A DNA stretch of 64,000 nt from Octopus sinensis (taxonomy: Eukaryota): positions 7,874,001 through 7,938,000 of the forward strand of contig NC_043020.1 of assembly GCF_006345805.1 (NCBI RefSeq). Direction: 5' to 3'. Every line of letters begins with the position of its first letter. Position 1 is the stretch's first letter. The notes beneath the pieces are model-generated. The model ran no database searches. It saw nothing but the letters and a program-made list of their open reading frames with translations, and was not told where the DNA came from. Below are positions 12,943-25,727 of this stretch, piece by piece. The translations under genes were made by a program, and so were the position numbers.

Positions 12943-12991
12943 AACACCTCCGATGAGACCAAATAAGGGTCAAAAATTTATTAAGGCTGTT
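12943..12991 (+). ncRNA. Decayed type I hammerhead ribozyme relic
   Basis: AACACCT-CCGATGA-GACC(aaataag)GGTC-AAAA-A(ttta)T-TA-AGG(c)TGTT; all three stems pair but the core carries U4C and G12A. Confidence 0.5.
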
Positions 12992-14741
12992 CATGTTTTT
13001 AATCTATGGAGAAATAGATAAATTTAACATGCCTGTATGTCTTCTATATAGCTTTGCATGTAAATATGTAAATGTCATCTCTCTCTTCTTTCCCCCTACA
13101 CCTGCCAACTGTATCATTGCTATCCTGCCACTCCCCTGTATGTACCCATGTTCACCACTCATTGCTAGTCTTTTGTTGCACTTTTGTGAACCCTCTGCTC
13201 ACACACCCTGTCCAATCCTGTGTACTACTCCACTTACATTCATCTCCTTGTACCTTCAGGGTACACACTGGCACATCCCACCATCTCTCTCTCTCCCCCC
13301 CCCCCCTTGACTGGGGTAGCCATGTACCTCCTCCAAAGCAAGACACCTGTTTCTGCCTCTCTATTATAATTTTTAACTTCCCATCGCCTCCCTCAATACC
13401 ACTTCTCTCAGTTGAGAGGTTTTAGTCTTGCAAATTACTTAATAACCTCGCTGGTGCTGGTGCTACATAAAAAGCACTCAGTGGACTCTATAAATTGGTT
13501 GGTGTTATGAAGGGCAATCAACTGTAGAAACCATTCCAAAGCTGACAGTAGAACTTGACCCTACTGTCTGGTTTGCCAGCTCCCCTGTCAAACCATCTAA
13601 CCCATGCCAACGTAGAAAGCAGATGTTAAATGATGACAAGGATAAATGGTTCCTTTACATTTTTGTTATATTCAAAGTGTGAGAATGTTTAGATTTACAT
13701 TTTGTCTCCATGCATTTGTTGGTTAAGGGCATTGACACTCCTTGTTTTCAGGCATTAAACAAACTTATTTTAACCTTCAAGACCTGGTTAACTGGTGCTG
13801 GATGAATTCTTTATGGCAATTAGTCTGGAATTTGTCACAAGCCGATACAAACATCCCATCTGTGATGATTTCTGAAATTGTTATCAATTCCGTGAACCAC
13901 TGCTTTCATTCTCCTGAATAGTAATAACATCAATGACTCAGGAGCGAATTTGGTAGACAGAAACTGTACAAAGAGAGTGAGAGAGTGTGTGTGGTGTGTG
14001 TGTGTGTGTGAGAGAGAGAGAGAATGTTTGCATTCCGAAATCACATGAGCAATGATCAGTGTTCCCTATCATCGTTTCTTTGTCCATTATTAACCAGTAG
14101 CTCTGCACTTTCAAATATGATGGGAATGAAAAACTGGTAAGGGTTGGTGGCAGCAAAGGCATCCAACTTCAGCAATATGTATTCATCTACCCATACTGGC
14201 ATGAAAAGTAAGATGTAAAAGTTAAAGAACAAATGAAGGAACCAATATATATTTATGTATTCCATGAGGAATCTTTTGTATAAATTGACCCAAGTAGCTA
14301 AATAAAGAAAATGTTGTTACCGGTGTTACTTATAAAGCAGCTGTGGGTTGGTAAAAATGGTACAGCACCAGACTCCATACCAAAACTCACCTGGTTTCAC
14401 AGTGGATCAATCTGAGATTGACTTCGCTTCAGAATGGTCTTGATTCAGCTGACTACCCCATCACGACCACCACCACTACCACCAATATTTCATGGCTTTG
14501 TTTCTGCAATGTATGTGAGTGATACCCCCTACACCTCCTATTTCATCCCACTCTCTTTGTTAATCTGCTCCGTCAGACAGTCACATGGTTCCGTCTTTGT
14601 AAAGGTGGTAGTGGTGGTGGTGGTGGTAGTGATGGTGGTGCCGGTGGACAATGTGGTAGGTATTTTCAACTGTTTCTATAAAAGAAATAAACAAGGACAC
14701 ACTCCATAGAGTCAGTCGGAGTCTGTTGATCACAAGATTGT

Positions 14742-14775
<34 letters not shown>

Positions 14776-14986
14776 TGTGTACACAGCCTTAATGTTTATG
14801 TGAGGTGGAGAGAATGCATTTCATAGATAGATTATCAGAGGGACTATAAAATAACAAATCAGACAAAAATACCATGACTTGGCTGGCATCAGAGTTTGTT
14901 TTGTGACAAGGCTGTGTTGTTGTTTAGCCCAAGTCAACACTGATTGCAAAGACTTATGGTCAGTCTTTGTTCTAAATGATGAATAT

Positions 14987-15398
14987 AGGTGCAGGAGTGG
15001 CTGTGTGGTAAGTAGCTTGCTAACCAACCACATGGTTCCGGGTTCAGTCCCACTGCGTGGCATCCTGGGCAAGTGTCTTCTGCTATAGCCCCGGGCTGAC
15101 CAATGCCTTGTGAGTGGATTTGGTAGACGGAAACTGAAAGAAGCCTGTCGTATATATGTATATATATATGTGTGTGTGTGTATATGTTTGTGTGTCTGTG
15201 TTTGTCCCCCTAGCATTGCTTGACAACCGATGCTGGTGTGTTTATGTCCCCGTCACTTAGCGGTTCGGCAAAAGAGACCGATAGAATAAGTACTAGGCTT
15301 ACAAAGAATAAGTCCCGGGGTCGATTTGCTCGGCTAAAGGCAGTGCTCCAGCATGGCCGCAGTCAAATGACTGAAACAAGTAAAAGAGTAAAAGAGTA
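14987..15398 (+). mobile_element. SINE family A, young copy
   Basis: Consensus match. Confidence 0.9.
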
Positions 15399-15479
15399 TA
15401 TATATAATACTATGGCAGTATAGTACACCTTATGTAATTCCAGGTAGAGTCAAAGGTCTTTTTCATATTTCAGGCATTA

Positions 15480-16450
15480 ATTAATAGTTCAAACAAATTA
15501 TTTATGTAAAGCATTTATTCATCAAAATATATCCCATTTTATTCTGTTTTCTGTGCCAGTAACTCAGTTTCGCACTTATCCCTTTTGGATGGTTTAGAGG
15601 CAAAAATGTCCCTGCACCTGTTTTCAAACTTATTTCTGCTGTTGAGCCTCCATCCATGCAGGAAATAAGCCACGGCTTGAAAAATGTGGTAATCAGATGG
15701 TGCAAGCTCTGGACTGCAGGCAAGGTGAGACAGCTCTTCCAGCCCCTTAAGTTCTTTGAGTTTGTGCTTGGTTACATTGCTGTAAGAGTGTGTGTCTTTG
15801 ATTGACCAATGCCAAGTTGTAAGCTTTCAAAATGTGATATGCTCACTGCAGCTGTTGAGCATGAAGGTTAGCATTCACAGCATGACCATTCGGGACAATC
15901 TGAAAGTGCAATGCCCCCTTTAAATTCAACTAAACATTCAATGTGATTTTCTGTTCAAACTGCCCTTGTTTGACAACAGGTTCTGAACTTGGCCAGAATG
16001 CAGCCACTGATATCTCTAATTTGAATTGTAAAAATAGATCCATTTTTATATTCCTAGTTACATTTTGATGTCAAAAATAGGCATTTTGAGGACTTGTTAG
16101 CAGTTGTTTGCAAACATTTCTATATGGCTGAGCCTGGTTATTGGTCAGTTCATGAGAAGATTCTTAACAGCAGCTCTTCACAAGGCTGAGTTTATAGAAG
16201 TATTAATGCTGCTTTGTGAAGGACCAAGTTCTGCCAACAATGCATAAGTACTAATGCTTGGCTGTTGCTCAACCATTTCAAGCAAGGACTCCTTTTCTAC
16301 AGCAGAACATTTCCCTGACTTTTGTTTGTCTTCAAGGCTGATGTCACCTTCCTTGAAACATCTGAACCAGTTTTGTGTCACAAGTTTGTTGAAAGTTCAT
16401 GGGTTTTCCACATCATTAATTTCTTTTGCTACTACCTATGTACTCAGCCT
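15480..16450 (-). mobile_element. Mariner transposase pseudogene
   Basis: Translates to QNWFRCFKEGDISLEDK (HTH region) and SPELAPSDYHIF (YSPDLAPSDY motif), with stops and frameshifts. Confidence 0.85.
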
Positions 16451-16519
16451 TTATTTTTTGTCTACATGTAGCATATCAAAATAGCTCTAAATGTAATTTT
16501 TTCACCACTCATTATCAAA

Positions 16520-16860
16520 GCTGTATAATAAAGAATAAGCATTGTTTATATGTTATATCGTGGCACTCGATGAGGGTTCCAGTTGATCCAATCAACGGAA
16601 CAGCCGGCTTGTGAAATTAATGTGCAAGTGGCTGAGCACTCCACAGACACATGTACCCTTAACATAGTTTTCAGAGAGACTCAGCGTGACACAGAGTGTG
16701 ACAAGGCTGGCCCTTTGAAATACAGGTACAACAAAAACAGGAGGCAAGAGTAAGAGAAAGTTGTGATGAAAGAGTACAGCAGGGGTCACCCCGCCCACCT
16801 GCTGGAGCCTCATAGAGCTTTGGAAATTGAAACCATGTACCTACGACCACGAGTCCACTG
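16520..16860 (-). mobile_element. SINE family C, diverged copy
   Basis: Reverse complement of the 25728-26122 body. Confidence 0.8.
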
Positions 16861-17429
16861 CCCTAACCATGGGCCATTGCACCTCTACATACATTATATA
16901 TGAAAATAATGAATAAGCAATTCAACAATGATTGGCATTAAGTTGTATTAAATAAATGACATAACATGGAAATACAAGTTGCCAAATGTCATCAGTAAAA
17001 ATCCCTCAAAACTTTTGAATCAGCCTGGTATATGTACAGTAGTATGACTGTGCTGTATACCTATATGTATAACAGTATGGTTGCTCAGTACGATTTCTGT
17101 ATGTGTGATAGTGTGGCTGTATATATTTTACCTTTTACTAGTTTCAGTTGTAGGACTGTGGACAAGCTGGGGCACTGCCTTGAAAGGCTTTAGTTGAACA
17201 AATCGACACCAGTTCTTCTGTTCTTTTTAAGTCTGGTACCTATTCTATCAGTGTCTTTTGCTGAACTGCTATGTTACAGGGACATAAACAAACCAGCATG
17301 GGTTGTCAGACAGTGACAGTGGGGTGACAGACACTGACAGAAAGTCATACACACACACTCATATATACAATGGGCTTCCATGCAGTTTTTTCACACAAAT
17401 ACACCTACATACATATAGAGAGCCACCTC

Positions 17430-17655
17430 TCTCTATGCCACTGATGTTATCCTAGGGAAAAGCAAAGGCCGATACAGCTTGGCATGAATGATACCACAAC
17501 CTCGTGATTGTGAGCCCAACACTCTAACTACTGAGTGAACTGGAGCAACATGAGATAAAGTGTCTTGCCCAAGAACACAACACACAGCCCATTCCAGGAA
17601 TCGAACTCACTACCTCATGATTGTGAGCTCGACACTCTAAATACTGAGCTATGCT
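17430..17655 (-). mobile_element. SINE family D relic
   Basis: GAGTGAACTGGAGCAAC..AAGTGTCTTGCCCAAGAACACAAC..GAATCGAACTC; tRNA-like head on the minus strand. Confidence 0.75.
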
Positions 17656-17689
17656 ACAGCTTCAAGCATTTTCTCTTCATAGTTCCACC

Positions 17690-19230
17690 AGTGAAGAACA
17701 ATGAAATACGATGCTTCTTTCAAAATGAAAGTTGTTACATTTGCTTTCTCTTTGAAATAGCAGTGAGGAAATATGGAGTGAATGAAAAGTGTGTGTATGA
17801 TTGGAAGGAGAATGAACATCTGTGAATTTGCCAGAGAAGAAATTTGCTGCAAAAGCAGGTGTCTGTCATTGGTCTGAATTAGGAAATTATGTAGAAGGTT
17901 GAATCAAAGAAAACCAATAATTATTCGGTTACCTGAGGGAGCATATGTACTCAATACTCAAAGATTGAAGTGAGAATAACCTCTTCCACAAGTGAAAGTA
18001 ATGATTCTAGAATGACAACAGATTGATGTTCTTGCTTTATTCTGGGGGCAAAAATGCATTTTTTTATAAATTGAGAGAGAAGACACAAATTGCATAGAAC
18101 TTCCCAACAGAACTTGGAGGAAAAAAACTTCACTAATTTCTACAGATCTATGCATGGTAGTGTGGTTTCAGATGTCTGCTTGCCAACCATGTGATTATGG
18201 ATTCAGTCCCACTGTGTAGTACCAAGGGTCATTGTCTCCATGTCTTGACATCATGTGATGGTGGTAAGTAAGTGTCACTGTCATACAAGTGGTGCCAGTC
18301 ATCAGGAAATATTCCCTTGCTTACAAACAGATGAGGGTTGGCAACAGGAAAGGCATCCGGCCATAGAAAATCTGCCTCAACAACTTCCATCCAATCCATG
18401 GATGCATAGAAAAGTGGACATTAAAATGATGATGATAGTGGTATCATGAGATTGAAGAATGAATAGAACTAGCCACAGAGTTAAATTGGGAATATGAATA
18501 AAAAAAAAAATTTTTTTCTATGCCTGGCAATAAAATTGTGAAAAATAAAAATATTTTAAAATCCTAAAAAACTATTTAAATATGTATGGATTACAGATTA
18601 AATTCACTGTTGTATTAAGCTGCCTCACAGATAGAACTAACTTAAAACCAACGTTTATTTTTAAATGCCAAATATAAAGTTCCTTCCAGGTGTTTTTGTT
18701 CATGTTCTTGAGAAAGGTTGGATGAATCAAACTGGAGTATGTTTATGCATTGTGAATGAGTGGGACGAGCACTTCTGTGATCTTAATGCTTTTGATATCA
18801 ATCTGCCTGATGCTCCCTCTTGATTTCTATCCTAAAAACTTCCTGTTTTATAGCAATATCTAAATTAAAACCTTCCAGCAAAAATTTCATGTTAGTTTGT
18901 TCCAAACTGTAGCATAATAATGAGTTATTTTTTACTAAATTCTTCATGAGTTTCAAATTTAATAGAAACAAAGACAATTTGTTTCAAGAGAAATATGGTA
19001 ACAAAAGAGTTTAAGTGATCCAGGTTAAAAATTAAAAACCTTCCTTCAAAATTCCATGTTAATTTCTGTTCCAAACGCCAGCTTTAATAATAACAAAGCT
19101 ATTTTTAATTGAAACGAAACCAGTGTATTTCTACAGAAATATGTTAACAGAAAGGTGGAGAAAGGAAAAAAATGCTCGCTGGTTTGGGATGCATTCAACT
19201 CCTGCTTAACAATGTTCTGAATTATTTAGT
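17690..19230 (+). mobile_element. Fragmented pogo (POGK-like) transposase relic
   Basis: MKYDASFKMKVV..AVRKYGVNEKCVYDWK (Brinker-type DBD), GVFVHVLEKGWMNQ at about 18690 and SLVWDAFNS at about 19180; interrupted by other repeats. Confidence 0.7.
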
Positions 19231-19278
19231 ACAAAAATAAATCCATAACTACAGAGAACAGTGTATATAATTCATATT

Positions 19279-19495
19279 CAGTAATCCCTCGTCATATCGT
19301 GGTTCACCTATCGCGGTTTATTATTTAAGCCTATATTGATTCCTCTGTGGTGTTGTTTTGCATTTATAATAAAATAGATATTTACAAATTATAAAAATAA
19401 TTAAAAAAACCGTACAGTACTGTTTCTACTTTGTGGATTTTCATCTATCGCAGGGGTTTTGGAATTTAACATCCGTGATGGTCAAGGAAATACTG
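19279..19495. mobile_element. Tigger/pogo-like MITE
   Basis: TIRs CAGTAATCCCT / AGGAAATACTG, right end followed by TA; second copy at 56695-57270. Confidence 0.75.
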
Positions 19496-19588
19496 TATAA
19501 TATATGTGATTCATCATCATCATCATCATCATCTGTCCCTCTTCCATGCTGGCATGGTTTCTACAGCTAGATGCCCTTCCTAATATAT

Positions 19589-19753
19589 ATTTCTTTACTG
19601 CCCACAAGGGGCTAAACACAGAGGGGACAAACAAGGACAGACAAATGGATTAAGTTGATTACATCGACCCCAGTGCGAAACTGGTTCTTTATTTATTGAC
19701 CCCGAAAGGATGAAAGGCAAAGTCGACCTCGGCGGAATTTGAACTCAGAGCGT
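19589..19753 (-). mobile_element. SINE family B, 5'-truncated
   Basis: Reverse-complement consensus match. Confidence 0.85.
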
Positions 19754-20007
19754 AATATAGCAAGCACTTTACAGTGTGTACTGGGTGCTTTTTTCATAAC
19801 TTCAGCACTTGTGTGGTTGTCAAGCACCTTACATGACAAACAAAATGTCCATTCAACTGAGTGGGGTTGTAGTGGAGCAGGAAGTGGCTTTATGTTAGGT
19901 GTTGAGAGGCTAAAATAGGGATTGAGAGACATAGAAGAGGTACATAGCTACGCCACATTACATGAGGGTTGTAAGGATAGAAGGAAGTAGAGGAGGAACT
20001 ACACTGT

Positions 20008-20230
20008 AGGCGGCGAGCTGGCAGAAACATTAGCACGCCGGTCGAAATGCGTAGCCGTATTTCGTCTGTCGTTACGTTGTGAGTTCAAATTCCGCCGATG
20101 TCGACTTTGCATTTCATCATTTCGGGGTCAATAAATTAAGTACCAGTTACGCACTGGGGTCGATGTAATCGACTTAATACCTATGTCTGTCTTTGTCCCT
20201 TCTATGTTTAGCCCCTTGTGGGTAATAAAG
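20008..20230 (+). mobile_element. SINE family B, young copy
   Basis: Consensus match; tail interrupted by SINE D. Confidence 0.9.
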
Positions 20231-20507
20231 GGTAAAGACCCCCTTCGGTCATGAATGACCATGGGATTGCACCTAGAAAGTTACCCTCCTAGACACAAGT
20301 CCGGGCAAGGTTGTTTATGGAAGACCAGCAGTCGCCCATGCATACCAGCCTCCCCTCTCCACGCCACCGATGTTATCCAAGGGAAAGACAAAGGTCGATA
20401 CAGCTTGGCACCAGTGACGTCGCAACTCATTTCTACAGCTGAGTGAACTGGAGCAACGTGAAAATAAAGTGCTTTGCTCAAGAACACAACTCGTAGCCCG
20501 GTCCGGG
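20231..20507 (-). mobile_element. SINE family D, 5'-truncated, inserted in the tail of SINE B
   Basis: Flanked by direct repeat AATAAAG (20224-20230 and 20508-20514). Confidence 0.8.
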
Positions 20508-20769
20508 AATAAAGAAATATGTATTAGTGGGAGTAGTTGGAAAGAAGACAAAGATGGTGGCGATGAGATGTCACAGCGTAAGATTCTCAGGGAATTTATG
20601 TCTGTTTTAGTTTCAGTGTAAGTCTAAATAAACTATTTAAAGATAATATTTGTTTGGAATGGAACAAATGGATGACTGATGGAGAAAAAACAAAAAACAA
20701 AACAAAATTACTCATGAAAGATGATAAGTGGATGTGTGTGTGTGTGTGTGCCATTATCTTTTCTTTTAT

Positions 20770-21170
20770 CTTTATCTTTTACTTGTTTCAGTCATTTGAC
20801 TGCGGCCATGCTGGAGCACCGCCTTTAGTCGAGCAAATCGACCCCGCAACTTATTCTTTGTAAGCCTAGTACTTATTCTATCGGTCTCTTTTGCCGAACC
20901 GCTAAGTGACGGGGACGTAAACACACCAGCATCGGTTGTCAAGCAATGCTAGGGGGACAAACACACACACACATACACACACACATATATATATATACAT
21001 ATATACGACAGGCTTCTTTCAGTTTCCGTCTACCAAATCCACTCACAAGGCATTGGTCGGCCCGGGGCTATAGCAGAAGACACTTGCCCAAGATGCCACG
21101 CAGTGGGACTGAACCCGGAACCATGTGGTTGGTTAGCAAGCTACTTACCACACAGCCACTCCTGCGCCTA
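20770..21170 (-). mobile_element. SINE family A, young copy
   Basis: Consensus match. Confidence 0.9.
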
Positions 21171-21643
21171 TTGATTACTGGATGTATCGTGTAATTCTCA
21201 TCATGACAAAGTCTCAGAAAGATGTTCCGAGTAGAAACTGACATAAAATTATTTAAAAAATGTGCAATTTGAAATGTAGTGAATGGAGAACAAAGATATT
21301 TCGTTAAAGCAAGAGAAAGTGACGATGAGGAGAAGAACCGAAAGATTGCAAAAATGTGGTAACTTCCAGCAATTTAGATCTGTCTGTTGATTTCTTTACT
21401 GCAGATGATGAGCAATATTTTACAGCAAAGATTATGAAGGATTTAAAATTTTTAGTTACACATGTTTTTATTATCAGTAAAATATAGCTTTTAAGCATAA
21501 TTAACCTTGGAGTTTAAAATTTATGAAACGTTTATGAGTTTGCGTTTTAAAAATTATGTCTTATCTACGGGTTTTTAACTGCTAATAACATAACTTTTCA
21601 AGCAATGTTTATTTTAAGAGCGCTATCAAAGAGTGCAATAATA

Positions 21644-21679
<36 letters not shown>

Positions 21680-21880
21680 TGTCAATGTGTCTATATTTAG
21701 TAATCTGCTATTATTTATCATTTAACTGTCATTACTCTCATGGTGTATGGCGACTAAGTACAAGGCACACATTATCTTTCTCTGCCGGTTGAAATTACAG
21801 TAACTTGGCCACGGATGAGATGTGCCAGTTTTGCATCTTGACTGAATGCTATGATAAACATTGTTTGCATTAACTTTCAG

Positions 21881-21900
21881 TAATGAATTCAGTTTACTTG
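21881..21900 (+). CDS. Candidate 20-nt microexon (xNEFSLLx)
   Basis: TTGCATTAACTTTCAG acceptor and GTGAGT donor; phase 2 to 1, compatible with exon 6701-6753. Confidence 0.2.
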
Positions 21901-22039
21901 GTGAGTGTGTATTTGTTGTTATGCTGTTATGAGACTCTGCAAACAACATGCATATCATATTTGTTTCAGTGACTGCTGGGCTACAGTAACATTTTTATCA
22001 GGGATTACTGTAGCTGTACCAACTATTAATATGTACTGG

Positions 22040-22068
<29 letters not shown>

Positions 22069-22071
<3 letters not shown>

Positions 22072-22357
22072 TTTTTTTTTCTTCTTTCAAATTTGCTTCC
22101 ATTTCTTGCCGAGTGTCTTCCCGACTCCTAGGGCAAAGAAACTCATAGTATACATTGGTAGGCCATTAAACCAAACTCAATAGTTCGTTCATTTTTTTTT
22201 TTTTAAAGTTATATTAAAATACATGAGCAGCAACAGTTCTCACATCGACAATGCTCTTCTCAATACGTGTGATGTACCAGTTAAGACAATCTTTTGCACT
22301 TCTTGCAGGGATGGTAAGCCAGGGATCATTCTCATATAATTTCCGGTTCCCTTCTTG
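22069..22357 (-). mobile_element. 5'-truncated R4/Dong-clade LINE 3' end
   Basis: KKGTGNYMRMIPGLPSLQEVQKIVLTGTSHVLRRALSM* (22356-22240) matches the R4/Dong C-terminus; 3' UTR and (TAA)n on both flanks. Confidence 0.85.
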
Positions 22358-22739
22358 ATTATTATTATTATTATTATTATTATATTATTATTATTATTAT
22401 TATTATCATCATCATCACTTTTTAAAATATTTAAAAAATATTTTTAAGGAGGTGAGCTGGTAGAATTGGTAGCATGTTAGGTGAAATGCTTAATGTCATT
22501 TCATTCATCTTTATGTTCTGAGTTCAAATTCTGCTGCAGTCAACTTTGCCTTTCATCCTTTCAGGGCCAATGAAATAAGTACCAGTTATGTATTGGGGTT
22601 GATCTAATTGACTTACCCACTCCCCTGACTCTCTGGCCTTGTGCCTATAGTAGAAGCGGCTATTATTATCATTATTATTATGATAATTATTATAACAGTG
22701 CTCTCTCTTTATAAGGCATCTCACTATACCATGTCCCCG

Positions 22740-23170
22740 CATATAACGTGGGTAGTTTGATGGACCCCAAATAATTTGAAACAGAATTTCCCTCATTATC
22801 GCTCACAACTTGCAAAAACCTTGACTGATGACAGCCAGTGTATTTGAAGAATGGTTCTTCAAGTCATTTGTCCCTAGTGTTTGGTGCCACCTTAGGAGCC
22901 TCAACCTACTGGAGAAAGCTATCCTCCTGCTAGATAACTGCTCCACCCACCCACAGAGAAACTTCCTGCAGACCAGAGATGGCCAGATCAAGGTCCCCTA
23001 TCTACTGAAGAACACAACCAGCAAAAACAGTCCTGTGAAGCTGGCATCATTCAGACCTTCAAAACCTTCAAAACAAGAAGGAGTTCATCCTGGAAATTAT
23101 AAAATCTCCACTTAGTCTTTCCAGACTGAAGCAGCTTACCATCAAGGATGCCAGTTACTTGTCAGCATAT
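22740..23170 (+). mobile_element. Tigger/jerky-type DDE_1 transposase fragment
   Basis: MTASVFEEWFFKSFVPSV..KAILLLDNCSTHP..DGQIKVPYLLKNTTS. Confidence 0.85.
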
Positions 23171-23515
23171 CTCCCATAGGCATGCCAAGCATTTGCAACA
23201 AAGAGCAATTCCAACAAACTACATCACACACCATAAAACAAAACTAGGTATAATAATAACAATAATAATAATAATAATAATGTACATGATAACACTTGCA
23301 ATTAGTTAAGATCAGAAGCCATGAGAGTCAGTCTGTTCAATTAGATTGTTCAAGACAGTACCCCAGTGTAGCCACAGTCCAATGTCTGAAACAAGTAAAA
23401 GTTAAAAGAATAAATTAAACCACAAAAATTATAAAGCTGGAAGCATACCTTGAAAAATGATATATGCCCTCCCCCTCACCTGCATACACAAGATGCTAAT
23501 TTTTCTATTTGGCAG

Positions 23516-23569
23516 TCATCAGCTGTAATTAAGACTGCAGCGAACTTGTCTTGGGTGGAGAAGGAAAGG
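23516..23569 (+). CDS. Candidate internal exon (SSAVIKTAANLSWVEKER)
   Basis: CTAATTTTTCTATTTGGCAG acceptor with branch-like CTAAT, open frame and AGG|GTATGT donor; alternative AG at 23521-23522. Confidence 0.3.
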
Positions 23570-24760
23570 GTATGTGAAAACCCTTGATAGTGTCTTATTA
23601 TGGCTTTTTGATTCTGCTAATGCCCTTTGAAGAGCCATAAACCTTGCATCTCCTGGTTAAAAATCAATCAAGTGGGGGAAGGAAAGGTCAAAGCAGTTAT
23701 CTATTGCACCAGTGCAAAAGCTGGGGTATTGATTTCTGACGTAAATCAAAGGCTTCAAGCTTCTAGGATATATCCATTGATTATTTTGTACTTTAGGTTT
23801 ATCAACCCCAGAAGTATGAAGAGAAAATTCAGTTTGTGCCTGAGATACAATGTGAACATGCCAACAGGTGGTCATCTAGATCATTCAGCCACCCACAGCT
23901 ATCTTCCAAATCTTCTTAAACTTTTTAGGTAACATCCCACCTGGGACCATCCCTGTTTCTATGACACACACTCCTCTTTTCTTAAAGAGATTTAAATTAA
24001 AATCATCATTATTGTTTATGCCCATGCATGCATAGGTAGGACGGGTGACAGGAGCTGGTCTGGTAGAAAAATTACCCTAGGCTATTCTGTCTGTTTTGGC
24101 AGGGATTTTTCAGCTGGATGCCCTTCCTAACACCAACCACTCTGCAGAGTGGACTCAGTACTTTTTACGTGGCACTAGCAGAGGTGAGGTTAGTTTTGGC
24201 ATGATTTTTTACAGCTGGATGTCCTTCCAAATGCCAACCACCTTACAGTGGGGACTGGATGCTTTTTACATGGCACCAACACTGGCAGGGTAACCAAGTA
24301 ACTCACAAGACAAGGAATTACGAGAGGGGCAGGGCATTTGAGGAGGATGAAAGGTTAGAGTTTGACAAAGAGACAGAGACAGAAGCAGGTGTCTTGCCAC
24401 AACAAAAGGGGTATTAGAAGAGGTGATCCAGTATCAGATGATGAAAGGTTAAAGTGTAACAGAGAAATAGTGAGGCAGATTCTAATTAATTTATGTTCCA
24501 AACTTAATCTAAATAACAACAGAGTTATTTTACTAAATTCTTGAAATACTTTTCATGCTCAGAATTGTTGAATCATGAAATAAATTTCAGTTGTTAGCTG
24601 TCAGCATTCTGCATCCTCCCAGATTTCCGTGTTTCATGAAAGTCACTCACACTACTTCTCACATGCCTATACACTCGTCCCACTTGATGACTCTTTTCTG
24701 TCTTTTAGTGTTTTATTCTCTGTACTACGCATGTACTTTTGGTTTTCATTGTTTTCAAGA

Positions 24761-25360
24761 GCGGCGAGCTAGTAGAATCATTAGCACACCGGGTGAAATG
24801 CTTAGCAGTATTTCATCTGCCGCTACGTTCTGAGTTCAAATTCTGCCGAGGTCGACTTTGCCTTTCATCCTTTCGGGGTCGATAAATTAAGTACCAGTTA
24901 CGCACTGGGGTAGATGTAATCGACTTAATACCTATGTCTGTCCTTGTTTGTCCCCCCTGTGTTTAGCCCCTTGTGGGTAATAAAGAAATAGGTATTTTGT
25001 CTACCGTTACGTTCTGAGTTCAAATTCCGCCGAGGTCGACTTTGCCTTTCATCCTTTCGGGGTCAATTAAATAAGTACCAGTTACGTACTGGGGTCGATA
25101 TAATCAACTTAATCCATTTGTCTGTCCTTGTTTGTCCTCTCTGTGTTTAGCCCCTTGTGGGTAGTAAGGAAATAGGTATTTCGTCTGCCGCTATGTTCTG
25201 AGTTCAAATTCCGCCGAGGTCGACTTTGCCTTTCATCCTTTCGGGGTCAATTAAATAAGTACCAGTTACGTACTGGGGTCGATATAATCGACTTAATCCA
25301 TTTGTCTGTCCTTGTTTGTCCTCTCTGTGTTTAGCCCCTTGTGGGTAGTAAAGAAATAGG
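24761..25360 (+). mobile_element. SINE family B tandem trimer
   Basis: One head followed by three successive bodies of about 180 bp joined at AAGAAATAGGTATTT. Confidence 0.9.
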
Positions 25361-25727
25361 TCTTCATTGTTGTCTTTCTTATTTGATTTATTGCTGCTTT
25401 CTGTTCCCTATTTTACTCACTTCTGATGAATTGTAGAGCTCCTGAGTACTGTATACATTATCATCTTTAGGGTCCACTTTCCATGCTAGCATGGGTTGGA
25501 CAGTTTGACTAAAAACTGGTAAACTGGAGAGCTGCTCCAGCTTCCGACCTGATTTGGCATGGTTTCTACAGCTGGATGCCCTTCTTAACACCAACCACTC
25601 CAAAAGTGTAGTGGGTGCTTTTTACATGCCACTGGCACAAAGTGCCAGTTACAAAAAACCGGCACCGGGCACAACTACGATCTCACTTGGCTTGACAGGT
25701 CTTCTCTAGCCTTGTATATTGCCAAAG

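Noticed and set aside
22229-22359. Alternative frame QEGNRKLYENDPWLTIPARSAKDCLNWYITRIEK that looks like a host exon
   Set aside because: No acceptor, since the upstream sequence is (TAA)n; the overlapping frame is the R4/Dong C-terminus.
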